Origin: Candidatus Nomurabacteria bacterium
GTDB lineage: Bacteria; Patescibacteriota; Minisyncoccia; Phycocordibacterales; UBA10002
Assembly: GCA_943354745.1 (NCBI GenBank)
Contig: CALRDB010000001.1
Location: 203 to 64,202 of the forward strand
Length of the DNA: 64,000 nt
Direction of reading: 5' to 3'
The translations under genes were made by a program, and so were the position numbers. The notes beneath the pieces are model-generated. The model saw nothing but the letters and a program-made list of their open reading frames with translations, was not told the origin of the DNA and did not search any database. Position 1 is the stretch's first letter; each line of letters starts with the position of its first letter. This document shows positions 45,425 to 55,109 of this stretch, piece after piece.

Positions 45425-45447
45425 TCTTCATCCTTTCTCGTTATCCA

Positions 45448-46209
45448 ATGAAAGATATCCGAATCATTCCACTTCTGCACATCAAGAGCGAGAACGTCGT
45501 TAAACCCGTGCATACCGAAGCTCTTCGGGTCGTGGGTTCTCCGAAGTCACTCTCGACACGCTATTACGCGGAAGGCGCCGACGAGCTCATTTATCTTGAT
45601 GTTGTCGCCAGTTTGTACCAGAGGAATTTTGATTTTGAGCTTTTGCGCAGTGTGACCGAGAATATATTTATTCCCGTGACAGTCGGTGGAGGCATCCGCT
45701 CAATTACCGATATAAACAATGCCTTGCGAGCCGGCGCGGATAAGGTGGCTATCAATACATACGCTGTACGCCACCCTGTCTTTCTTAAAGAAGCGGCAAA
45801 AGAATTCGGATCTCAATGCATAACGCTGTTCATCGAAGCAAAGCAACGTCCAGATGGTTCTTATGAAGTGTACACCGACGGTGGACGTGAGTGGACCGGT
45901 AGTGACGCAATCGAGTGGGCGAAGCAGGCGATCGATCTCGGAGTCGGTGAGATTCTTATATCCTCCATCGACCGCGACGGAACGAAGCGCGGGTATGACG
46001 TAGAACTGATACGAAAAATAAGTACATTTGCCCCCATCCCCATCATTGCTCACGGTGGAGCCGGTACCAGCGAATCGATACGTGAAGTGATCTGTGAAGG
46101 AAAAGCGGACGCAGTAGCCGTTTCCTCGGTGTTTCACTACGGAGAACTCTCAATCCAGAATGTAAAACGATATTTGGTCGAACGGGGGATTGCGACAAGA
46201 GAAATATAG
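45448..46209 (+). CDS. HisF-like cyclase subunit (WbuZ-type, glycan acetamidino formation)
   Basis: It is a (beta/alpha)8 HisF homologue (IPVTVGGGIRS...IIAHGGAGTSESI) located in a glycan cluster beside a HisH-like gene and a WbuX-like amidotransferase. Confidence 0.7.
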   Translation: MKDIRIIPLLHIKSENVVKPVHTEALRVVGSPKSLSTRYYAEGADELIYLDVVASLYQRNFDFELLRSVTENIFIPVTVGGGIRSITDINNALRAGADKVAINTYAVRHPVFLKEAAKEFGSQCITLFIEAKQRPDGSYEVYTDGGREWTGSDAIEWAKQAIDLGVGEILISSIDRDGTKRGYDVELIRKISTFAPIPIIAHGGAGTSESIREVICEGKADAVAVSSVFHYGELSIQNVKRYLVERGIATREI

Positions 46210-46282
46210 ATATTGTTTTCTGCTGATTCGCGCACTTAGATTTCACGATTATTCAAGAAGCGGAAGAAAGTAAATACACAAC

Positions 46283-46918
46283 ATGAATCACCGAATAGTC
46301 ATCATTGATTACGGAGTCGGCAATCTTTTCAGTTTGCAACGGGCCTTTCGCGCCGTTTCGGGTGAGGCTCTGATCGCGAGTGATGTTGATACGATATACT
46401 CTGCGGACGCGCTGGTCCTTCCGGGGGTCGGGTCATTTGAAGCGGGTATGCGGGGACTGCGGCTCCGCGGGCTGATTGATGTTGTTAAAAATGCCGCTAC
46501 GAAGGGCACGCCTATACTCGGTATTTGTCTGGGCGCTCAACTGCTTCTTTCTGAGGGACATGAGTTCGGTGTGCATCAAGGACTCGATATTATTCCTGGG
46601 AAAGTACTTAAGTTTGAAGGACTGACGCAAAATGAAAAAATCCCGCATGTCGGTTGGAATAACATCTCCCCGCCTGAGGAAGTAACGTGGAAGGGGACTG
46701 TGTTAGATCTCGTCGAGAAGGCTTCCAAAGTGTATTTCGTACACTCATATATCTTGGCACCGAGAAACAAAGAACATACATTCGGGTTAACAACTTACGG
46801 TGGTAAAGAGTTCTGCTCGATAGTCAAGAAAGGTAAGATAATTGGGGTGCAGTTTCATCCTGAGAAAAGCGGAGAAACAGGACTGCGAATCATTAAAAAT
46901 TTTGTTTCAGCCTTGTAA
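46283..46918 (+). CDS. HisH-like glutamine amidotransferase subunit (WbuY-type)
   Basis: It is a class I glutamine amidotransferase with PILGICLGAQLL, HVGWN and VHSY motifs. Confidence 0.7.
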   Translation: MNHRIVIIDYGVGNLFSLQRAFRAVSGEALIASDVDTIYSADALVLPGVGSFEAGMRGLRLRGLIDVVKNAATKGTPILGICLGAQLLLSEGHEFGVHQGLDIIPGKVLKFEGLTQNEKIPHVGWNNISPPEEVTWKGTVLDLVEKASKVYFVHSYILAPRNKEHTFGLTTYGGKEFCSIVKKGKIIGVQFHPEKSGETGLRIIKNFVSAL

Positions 46919-46954
46919 TAAGTCGACCGGCTTTGGAGTTATAATGGATGCCAT

Positions 46955-48139
46955 ATGGTCGTTAAATTAGATAAACAACTTGGTGTACAACCGAAGGAGG
47001 TAACTTTTTGTACTCGGTGTGTTGTATCAAACCAGAGACCCCGCACTGTGTTTGATGCCGAGGGAGTTTGTAGTGCATGCAGATATGTGGAGCAAAAACG
47101 TAGCCATATTGATTGGGAGAAACGGGAGCGGGAACTTCAGGCACTTTGTGACAAACATCGCTCAACAAATGGAGATTTCGACGTGATTGTGCCGTCGAGC
47201 GGCGGGAAGGATAGTGGATACACGGCCCATCTCCTTAAGGAGAAATATGGTATGCACCCGCTCTGTGTTACGTGGGCACCGTTTATCTACACCGATATCG
47301 GCTGGAAGAATTTTCAGGATTTCGTGAAATCTGGATTTACGGTAATAAATTGCTTTCCAAACGGTGTCGTGCATCGAAAACTCGCGCGTGTCGCCTTTGA
47401 ACAAAAAGGAGACGCGTGGGATCCGTTTACTTTCGGGCAGAAAGCGTACGCGTTTCATGTCGCGCTTAAATGGAAAATCCCGCTCATTTTTTACGGAGAA
47501 AATGGGGAAGTGGAATATGGCGGTTCGATGCAAAATGCCACTAAACCGTTTGAATCAGTTTCGGATTGGGAAGCACTCTACTTCAAAGGTTCCGGAATCG
47601 ATACACTGCTCAAAACCGGGGTTGACATGAACATTTTGTCAAAGGATGAAGCTAACGATCCTGTACTTAATCTGTACCGCCCTCCCGCGCTCCGCGATAT
47701 CGAACAGCTTGGAGCCGAAATGCATTGGCTTTCGTATTACCGAAACTGGATACCGCAAGAGAATTTCTATTACGCGCAGAAACACACCGGTTTTACGGTG
47801 AATGAGGACGGCCGTTCAGAGGGTACCTATTCAAAGTACGCTAGCTTGGACGACAAAACGGACGGATTCCATTTTTATCTCGGTTTTATAAAATTCGGCC
47901 TGGGACGAGCAACAAGAGACGCTATGATGGAAATTCGTTCGGGGCATATCACAAGAGAGGAAGGGGTCGCGCTCGTGCGTCGTTTCGACGGCGAGTTTCC
48001 CAAGAAATATCTTAAGGATTTTTTGGAGTACCTCGGTATTACCGAGAAACATTTCTGGGAAGTTGTGGACTCGTACCGTCCTCCTCATCTATGGGAAAAG
48101 ATCAATGGCGAATGGAAGCTTAAATATCAAGTAACATAA
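46955..48139 (+). CDS. N-acetyl sugar amidotransferase (PP-loop ATPase, WbuX/WbpG family)
   Basis: It has an N-terminal Cys cluster (CTRC...CSAC) and a PP-loop (VPSSGGKDSGY). Confidence 0.7.
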   Translation: MVVKLDKQLGVQPKEVTFCTRCVVSNQRPRTVFDAEGVCSACRYVEQKRSHIDWEKRERELQALCDKHRSTNGDFDVIVPSSGGKDSGYTAHLLKEKYGMHPLCVTWAPFIYTDIGWKNFQDFVKSGFTVINCFPNGVVHRKLARVAFEQKGDAWDPFTFGQKAYAFHVALKWKIPLIFYGENGEVEYGGSMQNATKPFESVSDWEALYFKGSGIDTLLKTGVDMNILSKDEANDPVLNLYRPPALRDIEQLGAEMHWLSYYRNWIPQENFYYAQKHTGFTVNEDGRSEGTYSKYASLDDKTDGFHFYLGFIKFGLGRATRDAMMEIRSGHITREEGVALVRRFDGEFPKKYLKDFLEYLGITEKHFWEVVDSYRPPHLWEKINGEWKLKYQVT

Positions 48140-48142
48140 TAT

Positions 48143-48856
48143 ATGAACGTCCTTGCGTATATTCCAGCCCGTGGCGGGTCCAAACGAATCCCGAATAAAA
48201 ACATTCGAGATTTTTGCGGCAAGCCACTTATCGCCTACGCTATCGAGCAAGGCAAGGCGCACCCGCGCGTCGACCGCGTGATAGTCGATACGGACGATGA
48301 GGAAATCGCCACTGTCGCAAAAAAATATCAAGCCGACGTCCCGTTTTTGCGTCCCAAAGAACTTGCCACCGATACCGCACAGGCGTCCGACGCGCTTCTG
48401 TATCTTTTGGAACGGCTGAAAAAGGATGAAGGATATGAGCCGACGCATATTCTGCTCTTGCAAACCACCTCGCCCCTTCGTGAAATGCGCGATATCGACG
48501 CCTGCTTCGAAATGATGGATAAAACGAATGCCGCGACGGTGCTTACGGTCGCCTCAACCCACCCCCGCATCTATTTCCTTGATTCCGAAAACCGCCTTAT
48601 TCTCGCCAATAAAGAGATACACGATTCAAGCAACATGCAGGCGTGGCCGAAAGGGTATCTCCTCAACGGCTGTTTTGTGTATATCATTACGGTTTCGGCG
48701 TTCCTACAAAATAAGAAAATCCTTGCGGACGATACCCGCGGAGTCGTTTGCGATAGGTGGCGCTCGGTGGACCTCGACGAACCGGAAGACTTTGTACTCG
48801 CAGAACTTTTGTATAAGCACAAGAAAGAAATAGAAGCTAACATAAAAAAAATATGA
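48143..48856 (+). CDS. Acylneuraminate cytidylyltransferase family (CMP-nonulosonate synthetase, NeuA/LegF-like)
   Basis: It has YIPARGGSKRIPNKN and a downstream QTTSPLR motif. Confidence 0.75.
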   Translation: MNVLAYIPARGGSKRIPNKNIRDFCGKPLIAYAIEQGKAHPRVDRVIVDTDDEEIATVAKKYQADVPFLRPKELATDTAQASDALLYLLERLKKDEGYEPTHILLLQTTSPLREMRDIDACFEMMDKTNAATVLTVASTHPRIYFLDSENRLILANKEIHDSSNMQAWPKGYLLNGCFVYIITVSAFLQNKKILADDTRGVVCDRWRSVDLDEPEDFVLAELLYKHKKEIEANIKKI

Positions 48857-49824
48857 GGTTTTTTGTCGTCGGCTTAGGCTCGATGGGGAAACGGCGTGTC
48901 CGCAACCTTCAGGCAAACGGTGAAAAAGATATCACCGGTTTTGATATTCGTCCCGACCGTATCGCGGAAGCGAAAGAAAAGTACGGCATCAAAACGGTAG
49001 ACGCACTCGCGGACATGCCTCCGAGTGATTTTGATGCATTGATTATTTCCGTGTCTCCCGATGTGCACGGAGACTACATCCGGTATGCGCTGAAACACAA
49101 AAAACACTTCTTTGTGGAGCACCCGACCAGTGACGATGGCTACAAGGAAGTCATCGCGGACAGGAGCGCCATCGTAAAGGCGCCATCGTGCACGTTCCTA
49201 TTCAACCCCGCTATAAAAATAATGAAGCAGATTCTAGAGAAGGGAACGATAGGAAAAGTGCTCGCGTTTCAATATCATATGGGACAGTATCTTCCCGATT
49301 GGCATCCGTGGGAAGATTACCGCGACGTCTATTTTTCTAAAAAAGAAACAAGCGCGTGTCGTGAAATGTTTTGTTTCGAACTTATCTGGCTCAATTCGCT
49401 TATTGGCGCGCAGGTGAAGGAGGTACGTGGCACCATCACGAAACTGACTGACCTCGACATGGATGCCGATGACACCGTCACGGCGACCCTTCTCTACGAG
49501 AACAACGTGCATGGCACTCTACTCATCGATGTCATATCACGAAAACCTTTTCGCACGCTCCGCACCCTCGGTTCCGAAGGGGTGCTTGAGTGGGAGAGGT
49601 TTGACTACGCGCTTAAAGTTTTTAACGTGGGCACCAAAAAAACCGAGGTTATTCCCATTCCCAAAGGCAATCCCGAAAAAGGCTATGTGAACGAAGAGGA
49701 GATGTATGTCGATGAGATTAAGGCATTTTTGGACGCAATCAAAGAGCGGAGGATATACCCATATTCATTCGAGGAAAACCTAAGAAAACTGGTACTGCTT
49801 GAAAACCTCAAAAAGCAGTCCTAG
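48853..49824 (+). CDS. Gfo/Idh/MocA-family oxidoreductase
   Basis: It has a Rossmann-fold start (FFVVGLGSMGKRRV) and a GFOR C-terminal domain. Confidence 0.65.
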   Translation: MRFFVVGLGSMGKRRVRNLQANGEKDITGFDIRPDRIAEAKEKYGIKTVDALADMPPSDFDALIISVSPDVHGDYIRYALKHKKHFFVEHPTSDDGYKEVIADRSAIVKAPSCTFLFNPAIKIMKQILEKGTIGKVLAFQYHMGQYLPDWHPWEDYRDVYFSKKETSACREMFCFELIWLNSLIGAQVKEVRGTITKLTDLDMDADDTVTATLLYENNVHGTLLIDVISRKPFRTLRTLGSEGVLEWERFDYALKVFNVGTKKTEVIPIPKGNPEKGYVNEEEMYVDEIKAFLDAIKERRIYPYSFEENLRKLVLLENLKKQS

Positions 49825-49860
49825 AACTAAGAGTGCCTCTTTCGGGTTATCAAAGGTATC

Positions 49861-50928
49861 ATGAAAAGAAATATCCTTAGCATTGGTAATAAAATTGTCG
49901 GAACAGGACACCCTGTGTTTATTATTGCCGAGGCTGGGGTGAACCATAACGGGAAACTCTCGCTTGCAAAAAAACTTATTGATGCCGCCGTAAAGGCTGG
50001 CGCTGATGCCGTAAAGTTTCAGACCTTCGACCCCGATACGCTTGTGACCAAGGGGGCTTCGAAGGCAACCTATCAGGATAAGAACGAAGAAACAGAGGGT
50101 GCAGGAGAAACCCAATACGCGATGCTGAGGCGCCTCATGCTCAAACGCGAGTATCATCCTGAACTCAAAAAATACGCGGAGCAAAAAGGCATTATGTTCC
50201 TCTCCACGCCGTTCTCGCTCTCCGACGCGGAGTTTTTGCGGGACCTCGGCATCGTGGCACTCAAAGTCGGTTCAAGTGATACGAACAATATCCCGTACCT
50301 TCGCACTATCGCGAAGTGGAAGCTCCCGATTATTCTTTCGACCGGCATGTCGGATTTACCCCTTCTTCACGAATCGATTACAGCGATACGGAAAGCGGGG
50401 AATAATGACCTTATTGTTCTGCACTGTACCACCAATTATCCTACGCCTATCCAAGAAGTGAATTTGCGAGCAATGCAAACGCTCGAACAAGAACTCAACG
50501 TTACTGTCGGATTTTCCGACCACACGGAAGGTATCGTTGCTCCGGTTCTTTCTGTCGCTCTGGGTGCGTCGATGATCGAAAAGCACCTGACGCTCGACAA
50601 GACCATGCCGGGACCAGATCATAAAGCTTCGCTTGACCCGAAAGGGTTTAAGGAAATGGTTACTGTTGTTCGCGATGCAGAGCAGGCACTGGGTACGGGG
50701 AAAAAGAATCTCTTTGCAAGTGAAATGGAAATAGCCAAAGTTGCTCGCAAGAGTTTGGTGACTTTGCGTCCGGTCAAAAAAGGTGAGAAGTTCACCGAAA
50801 AGAATCTTACTGTCAAACGTCCGGGGACTGGACTCCCTCCAAGAGATTTTGACAAGGTCATCGGTACAAGAGCAACAAAGGATATTAAGGCAGACTGCCT
50901 TCTCATTGTTCATGATTACTCCGCTTAA
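49861..50928 (+). CDS. neuB: N-acylneuraminate-9-phosphate/nonulosonate synthase (NeuB/LegI family)
   Basis: It has an N-terminal TIM barrel (FIIAEAGVNHNG, KFQTF) and a C-terminal SAF/antifreeze-like domain. Confidence 0.8.
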   Translation: MKRNILSIGNKIVGTGHPVFIIAEAGVNHNGKLSLAKKLIDAAVKAGADAVKFQTFDPDTLVTKGASKATYQDKNEETEGAGETQYAMLRRLMLKREYHPELKKYAEQKGIMFLSTPFSLSDAEFLRDLGIVALKVGSSDTNNIPYLRTIAKWKLPIILSTGMSDLPLLHESITAIRKAGNNDLIVLHCTTNYPTPIQEVNLRAMQTLEQELNVTVGFSDHTEGIVAPVLSVALGASMIEKHLTLDKTMPGPDHKASLDPKGFKEMVTVVRDAEQALGTGKKNLFASEMEIAKVARKSLVTLRPVKKGEKFTEKNLTVKRPGTGLPPRDFDKVIGTRATKDIKADCLLIVHDYSA

Positions 50929-52066
50929 GAAAATAGCATACATTTCCGGAACCCGAGCCGACTTTGGTCTAATGACCCCGGTGCTTCAGGTCATCGAAAA
51001 AAGAGAGAAGCACTCGCTTCAGGTCTACGCAACCGGCATGCATCTTATGCCACTCTTTGGGGAAACGATACACGAAGTTAGGAAACTATTTCCGAATGTA
51101 AGGCGTATCGAAGGAGTTTTTGAAAGTGATGAACGCGCCGGTATGGCGCGATTCGCCGGCGCGTTTCTCCCTAATGTCGTGGAAGCTCTGATTACCGAAA
51201 GGCCGGATTTTGTACTGATTTTGGGTGATCGAATAGAAATGCTCGTCGTTGCCGTTGCTTGTTTGTATCTAAGTATTCCCACCGGGCATCTTCATGGCGG
51301 GGAACGGACCGCCACCGTTGATGATGTGGCGCGTCACGCTATTTCAAAACTAGTCTCTTTGCATTTGACGACCACGGAGGATTCCGCAAAACGCCTGCGG
51401 AACATGGGGGAGGAAGAGTGGCGCATTCACATTGTCGGAGCTCCCGCCTTAGATACGATACGTCTTGCGACGCTTCCCACACGGAAAGAATTATGTGAAA
51501 GATTAAAACTTGATTCATCTAAACCTTTTATTTTACTTGTGCAGCATGCAGTAAGCGACGAGACGAAAAAAGTGGGGGAGCAGATACTGGAAACACTCGC
51601 CGCGGTAAAGTCGTTTTCACTACCGGTTGTCGCGATATATCCAAATGCCGATTCCGGTGGCATGCGAATTATCGCTGAAATCGAGAAGGAGAGAGGGAAT
51701 CCGCTCTTTTCCATTTTTCCGAACATATCACATACCGATTTCCTCGCGCTTGAACGCGAGGCGGCAGTTTGGGTCGGAAATTCAAGTGGGGCACTTATCG
51801 AATCATCTTCTTTCGGAACTCCCGTCGTTAACGTGGGAACACGGCAGAAGGGAAGAGTCCGTGGAGAAAACGTCATTGATGCCGGCTACAATAAAATAGA
51901 AATACAAAACGCTATCCAGAAATCTCTACATGACGAGAACTATAGACGGTATCTCAAGACTATTTCGAATCCCTGGGGCGACGGGCATACCGGTGAAAAG
52001 GTGGCCAACATACTTGGGAATCTTGAAGAACCGGCAAAGCTTTTATCGAAACAAATAGCGTATTGA
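50912..52066 (+). CDS. neuC: UDP-N-acetylglucosamine 2-epimerase (hydrolysing), NeuC/LegG family
   Basis: It has KIAYISGTRADFGLM, HLHGGER and NSSG motifs. I place the start at MITPLKK, giving a 17-bp overlap with neuB. Confidence 0.75.
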   Translation: MITPLKKIAYISGTRADFGLMTPVLQVIEKREKHSLQVYATGMHLMPLFGETIHEVRKLFPNVRRIEGVFESDERAGMARFAGAFLPNVVEALITERPDFVLILGDRIEMLVVAVACLYLSIPTGHLHGGERTATVDDVARHAISKLVSLHLTTTEDSAKRLRNMGEEEWRIHIVGAPALDTIRLATLPTRKELCERLKLDSSKPFILLVQHAVSDETKKVGEQILETLAAVKSFSLPVVAIYPNADSGGMRIIAEIEKERGNPLFSIFPNISHTDFLALEREAAVWVGNSSGALIESSSFGTPVVNVGTRQKGRVRGENVIDAGYNKIEIQNAIQKSLHDENYRRYLKTISNPWGDGHTGEKVANILGNLEEPAKLLSKQIAY

Positions 52067-52085
52067 TACTGTTATAGTAAGCACA

Positions 52086-52901
52086 ATGAACGGTGGTGAA
52101 CAAAAGAAAATACGGCGGGCAATCTTGCTCGGAAGGAAAGAAGGAGCAGCGGACGCTCTCTCTTTTTTGCTTGAGCAAGGTGTTACTGTTCCTTTAGTTG
52201 TTGCACAGAAAGATGAGCTAGTGGGACGTTCTCTCGCTAAAGAAGCCCAACGGAGACACATTCCGGTTTTCGGAAATACTCACGACGTCTACGCGCTCTT
52301 AGAAAAAAACGATCCGCTGGTGCAAGACATTGATCTCGTCATCTCTTTTCTATTTTGGCAGAAGATACGGGAGCCCGTCATTAAACTCGGGAAACAGGGG
52401 TGTATTAATTTCCACCCCGCCCCGCTACCTGACTATAAAGGAAGAGCAGGGTATAATACGGCGGTTCTTGATTGTCGGAAAACATTCGGAGTGAGTGCTC
52501 ACTTCATTGATGCCGAAGAATTTGATACTGGTCCGATTATCGAGGTCTTGACATTCCCGCTCGACACTAACTTAGCAACGGCGCTTTCGCTGGAACGGGA
52601 ATCGCAAAAACATCTTCTCTCACTTTTCAAGAAGGTACTAAATCGCTTCATAATGGGTTTGACAATACTGACCACACCTAACATCGGTGGATTGTATCTC
52701 AACAGCGTTGAGCTTGAAGCACTGAAACAAATTGATCCAGAGAATGATTCTGCGGAAGAAGTCGAAAGAAAAATACGGGCGTTCTTCTTCCCTCCGCATC
52801 ACGGAGCGAAGATTACAATTCAAGGGAAGTCCTTCACTCTAATTGATGAGAAAATATTGAAATGGTTAGCGGACATACTTGCGAAGCGTACTGATGTATA
52901 A
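52086..52901 (+). CDS. Sugar N-formyltransferase-like (formyl_trans_N family)
   Basis: It has INFHPAPLPDYKGRAG, which matches the formyltransferase HxSLLPxxRG motif, followed by FIDAEEFDTGPII with the catalytic Asp region. Confidence 0.6.
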   Translation: MNGGEQKKIRRAILLGRKEGAADALSFLLEQGVTVPLVVAQKDELVGRSLAKEAQRRHIPVFGNTHDVYALLEKNDPLVQDIDLVISFLFWQKIREPVIKLGKQGCINFHPAPLPDYKGRAGYNTAVLDCRKTFGVSAHFIDAEEFDTGPIIEVLTFPLDTNLATALSLERESQKHLLSLFKKVLNRFIMGLTILTTPNIGGLYLNSVELEALKQIDPENDSAEEVERKIRAFFFPPHHGAKITIQGKSFTLIDEKILKWLADILAKRTDV

Positions 52902-52915
52902 AATCACTTTTTTCA

Positions 52916-54043
52916 ATGAAACAGTACCCTCTCGCAAAACCTCATATCGGTAAAAAAGAAGAACGTGCGGTACTCGAAGTACTGCGTTCGGGTGTCTTAA
53001 GTATGGGTCCAAAAGTAGAAGCTTTTGAAAAACGTTTTGCTCGTTTTGTCGGCACTAAGTATGCCGTTGCTGTTTCAAGCGGAACTGCCGGCCTTCATCT
53101 AGCCCTTATTGGCGCAAATATCGGTCATGGCGACGAAGTGATTACCACTCCCTTTTCCTTTATTGCTTCTGCAAACGCTATTTTATATGTTGGTGCAAGA
53201 CCGGTATTTGTCGACGTCGATCCCGTGACCTATAACATGGATCCGAAAAATATTGAAGCAGCCATTACTTCAAAGACAAAAGCGATACTCGTTGTGCATA
53301 TTCTTGGGCAGGCAGCTTCAATGAACGCGATATGTGCCATTGCCCGAAAACATAACTTAAAAATCGTCGAGGATGCCTGCGAAAGCATAGGCGCCACCTA
53401 TAAGGTTGGAAAAAAGCTAGAGCAGACAGTTGGGACTTTTGGAGAGTCAGCGGTCTTCGCCTTTTATCCCAATAAGCAGATGACAACAGGGGAAGGTGGT
53501 ATGATAGTGACGAACGACCAGAAGCTCGACGCTCTCTTTCGAAGTTTGCGAAATCAGGGGCGTTCGGCCGATATGAACTGGCTGGAACACCAGCGACTTG
53601 GTTACAATTATCGTCTTGATGAAATGAGTGCCGCACTCGGACTTGTACAGCTCCAAAATATAGAGACGTGTATTCGTGAACGGCAGAAAATTGCAACGTG
53701 GTATCAAGAGTTTTTGTCTCCATACTCAGCGTGTGTCACACCCCCGGCAACCGCCGCTGAAAATACGCATACCTGGTTCGTGTACACAGTTCTCCTTCCG
53801 AAAGATGTTTCGCGCGAAAAAGTGATGAAGCGGCTTGAAGCGGAAGGCATTGCCACTAAACCGTATCTCCCTTCTATACATCTTTTCAGTTTTTATCGAG
53901 AGCAATTCGGCTTTTCCCCAGGTAACTTCCCGGTCTCCGAATTAGTTAGTAATAGGGCATTGGCGTTACCGCTCTATATCGGCCTCAAGAAGACTGAGAT
54001 AGCTTTTATTGTGAAAAAATTAATCACCTGTATTTCTAAGTAA
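52916..54043 (+). CDS. DegT/DnrJ/EryC1/StrS-family aminotransferase (sugar 4-aminotransferase, LegC/PglE-like)
   Basis: It has AVAVSSGTAGLHLAL and PLP-lysine region motifs. Confidence 0.8.
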   Translation: MKQYPLAKPHIGKKEERAVLEVLRSGVLSMGPKVEAFEKRFARFVGTKYAVAVSSGTAGLHLALIGANIGHGDEVITTPFSFIASANAILYVGARPVFVDVDPVTYNMDPKNIEAAITSKTKAILVVHILGQAASMNAICAIARKHNLKIVEDACESIGATYKVGKKLEQTVGTFGESAVFAFYPNKQMTTGEGGMIVTNDQKLDALFRSLRNQGRSADMNWLEHQRLGYNYRLDEMSAALGLVQLQNIETCIRERQKIATWYQEFLSPYSACVTPPATAAENTHTWFVYTVLLPKDVSREKVMKRLEAEGIATKPYLPSIHLFSFYREQFGFSPGNFPVSELVSNRALALPLYIGLKKTEIAFIVKKLITCISK

Positions 54044-54055
54044 TCTTTTATCTCA

Positions 54056-55102
54056 ATGGGTGCCGCATTTAAAGGTAAAAATATATTGGTAACCGGTGGT
54101 ACCGGATCAATCGGTTCGGAAATCGTCCGACAGATCTTGCCGCATAAGCCAAAAACTATCAGGGTCTTTGCTCGTCACGAAGATCGCCATTTTCAACTTA
54201 TGCAAGAGTGGGCCGGACATGAGGGTGTTATCCGCTTTATCGTGGGTGATATCAGAGACAAAGAACGGTTGGCGCTGGCCATGGAGGGTATAGATATTGT
54301 GTTCCATGCGGCTGCGCTCAAACATGTTCCGCTGTGCGAATATAATCCGTTTGAAGCCGTCAAAACAAATATTATCGGAACACAAAACGTGATTGAAACG
54401 GCTCGGAGTGCGCAGGTAAAGCAAGTCATTGGCATTTCGACCGATAAGGTAGCAGAACCGGAAAGTGTCCTCGGTGTCTCCAAGCTCATGGCAGAGAAAT
54501 TATTTTTAGCCACCTACTTTTACAAGGGCAATACGCATACAAAGTTCACCTGTGTTCGGTTTGGTAACGTGTTAGGAAGCCGCGGTAGTATTCTTTCGCT
54601 CATTAAGTCGCATGTGGTCAATGGTACGCCTGTTCCGGTAACTGATCCGGCCATGACTCGTTTCTTTATGACGATCCCCGAGGCGGTGAAATTGGTTCTT
54701 GACGCCTCGCTTCTCGGTAAGGGACAAGAAGTGTTTGTGCTTAAAATGTCTGCTGCGCGTCTCGGCGATGTGGTTAAGGCCGCTCTTTCTTACTACGCCC
54801 CTCTTGTCGGTAAAAAACCTGATGATATCCCCACCACGATTATCGGAAGACGAAAAGGAGAGAAAATGCATGAAAAGATGCTAGCGGATTATGAAATCTC
54901 AACAGCGCTCGAAACTGAGACAATGTACATCCTCACTCCTCAAGGAAATGCGTTTTCCGAATATACTACGACGTACGCGGCCTCCCCAGTGCATATTTCA
55001 AAGAAAAGTTTTTCCTCAGAATTTGCCACCAAGCTTTCTGTACAGGAATTGCGGTCTCGAATTGAAAAGGCAGACATGGATCAGGCGAAAGAATCCCATT
55101 AA
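54056..55102 (+). CDS. UDP-GlcNAc 4,6-dehydratase, Polysacc_synt_2 family (PseB/PglF/CapD-like)
   Basis: It has ILVTGGTGSIGSE, FVGDIRD, HAAALKHVP and STDKV motifs. Confidence 0.75.
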   Translation: MGAAFKGKNILVTGGTGSIGSEIVRQILPHKPKTIRVFARHEDRHFQLMQEWAGHEGVIRFIVGDIRDKERLALAMEGIDIVFHAAALKHVPLCEYNPFEAVKTNIIGTQNVIETARSAQVKQVIGISTDKVAEPESVLGVSKLMAEKLFLATYFYKGNTHTKFTCVRFGNVLGSRGSILSLIKSHVVNGTPVPVTDPAMTRFFMTIPEAVKLVLDASLLGKGQEVFVLKMSAARLGDVVKAALSYYAPLVGKKPDDIPTTIIGRRKGEKMHEKMLADYEISTALETETMYILTPQGNAFSEYTTTYAASPVHISKKSFSSEFATKLSVQELRSRIEKADMDQAKESH

Positions 55103-55109
55103 ATCTCCT

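Noticed and set aside
45448-46918. Annotating the hisF-like and hisH-like genes as histidine biosynthesis.
   Set aside because: Their context with a WbuX-type amidotransferase and nonulosonate genes matches the acetamidino-sugar WbuXYZ system. No other his genes are present.
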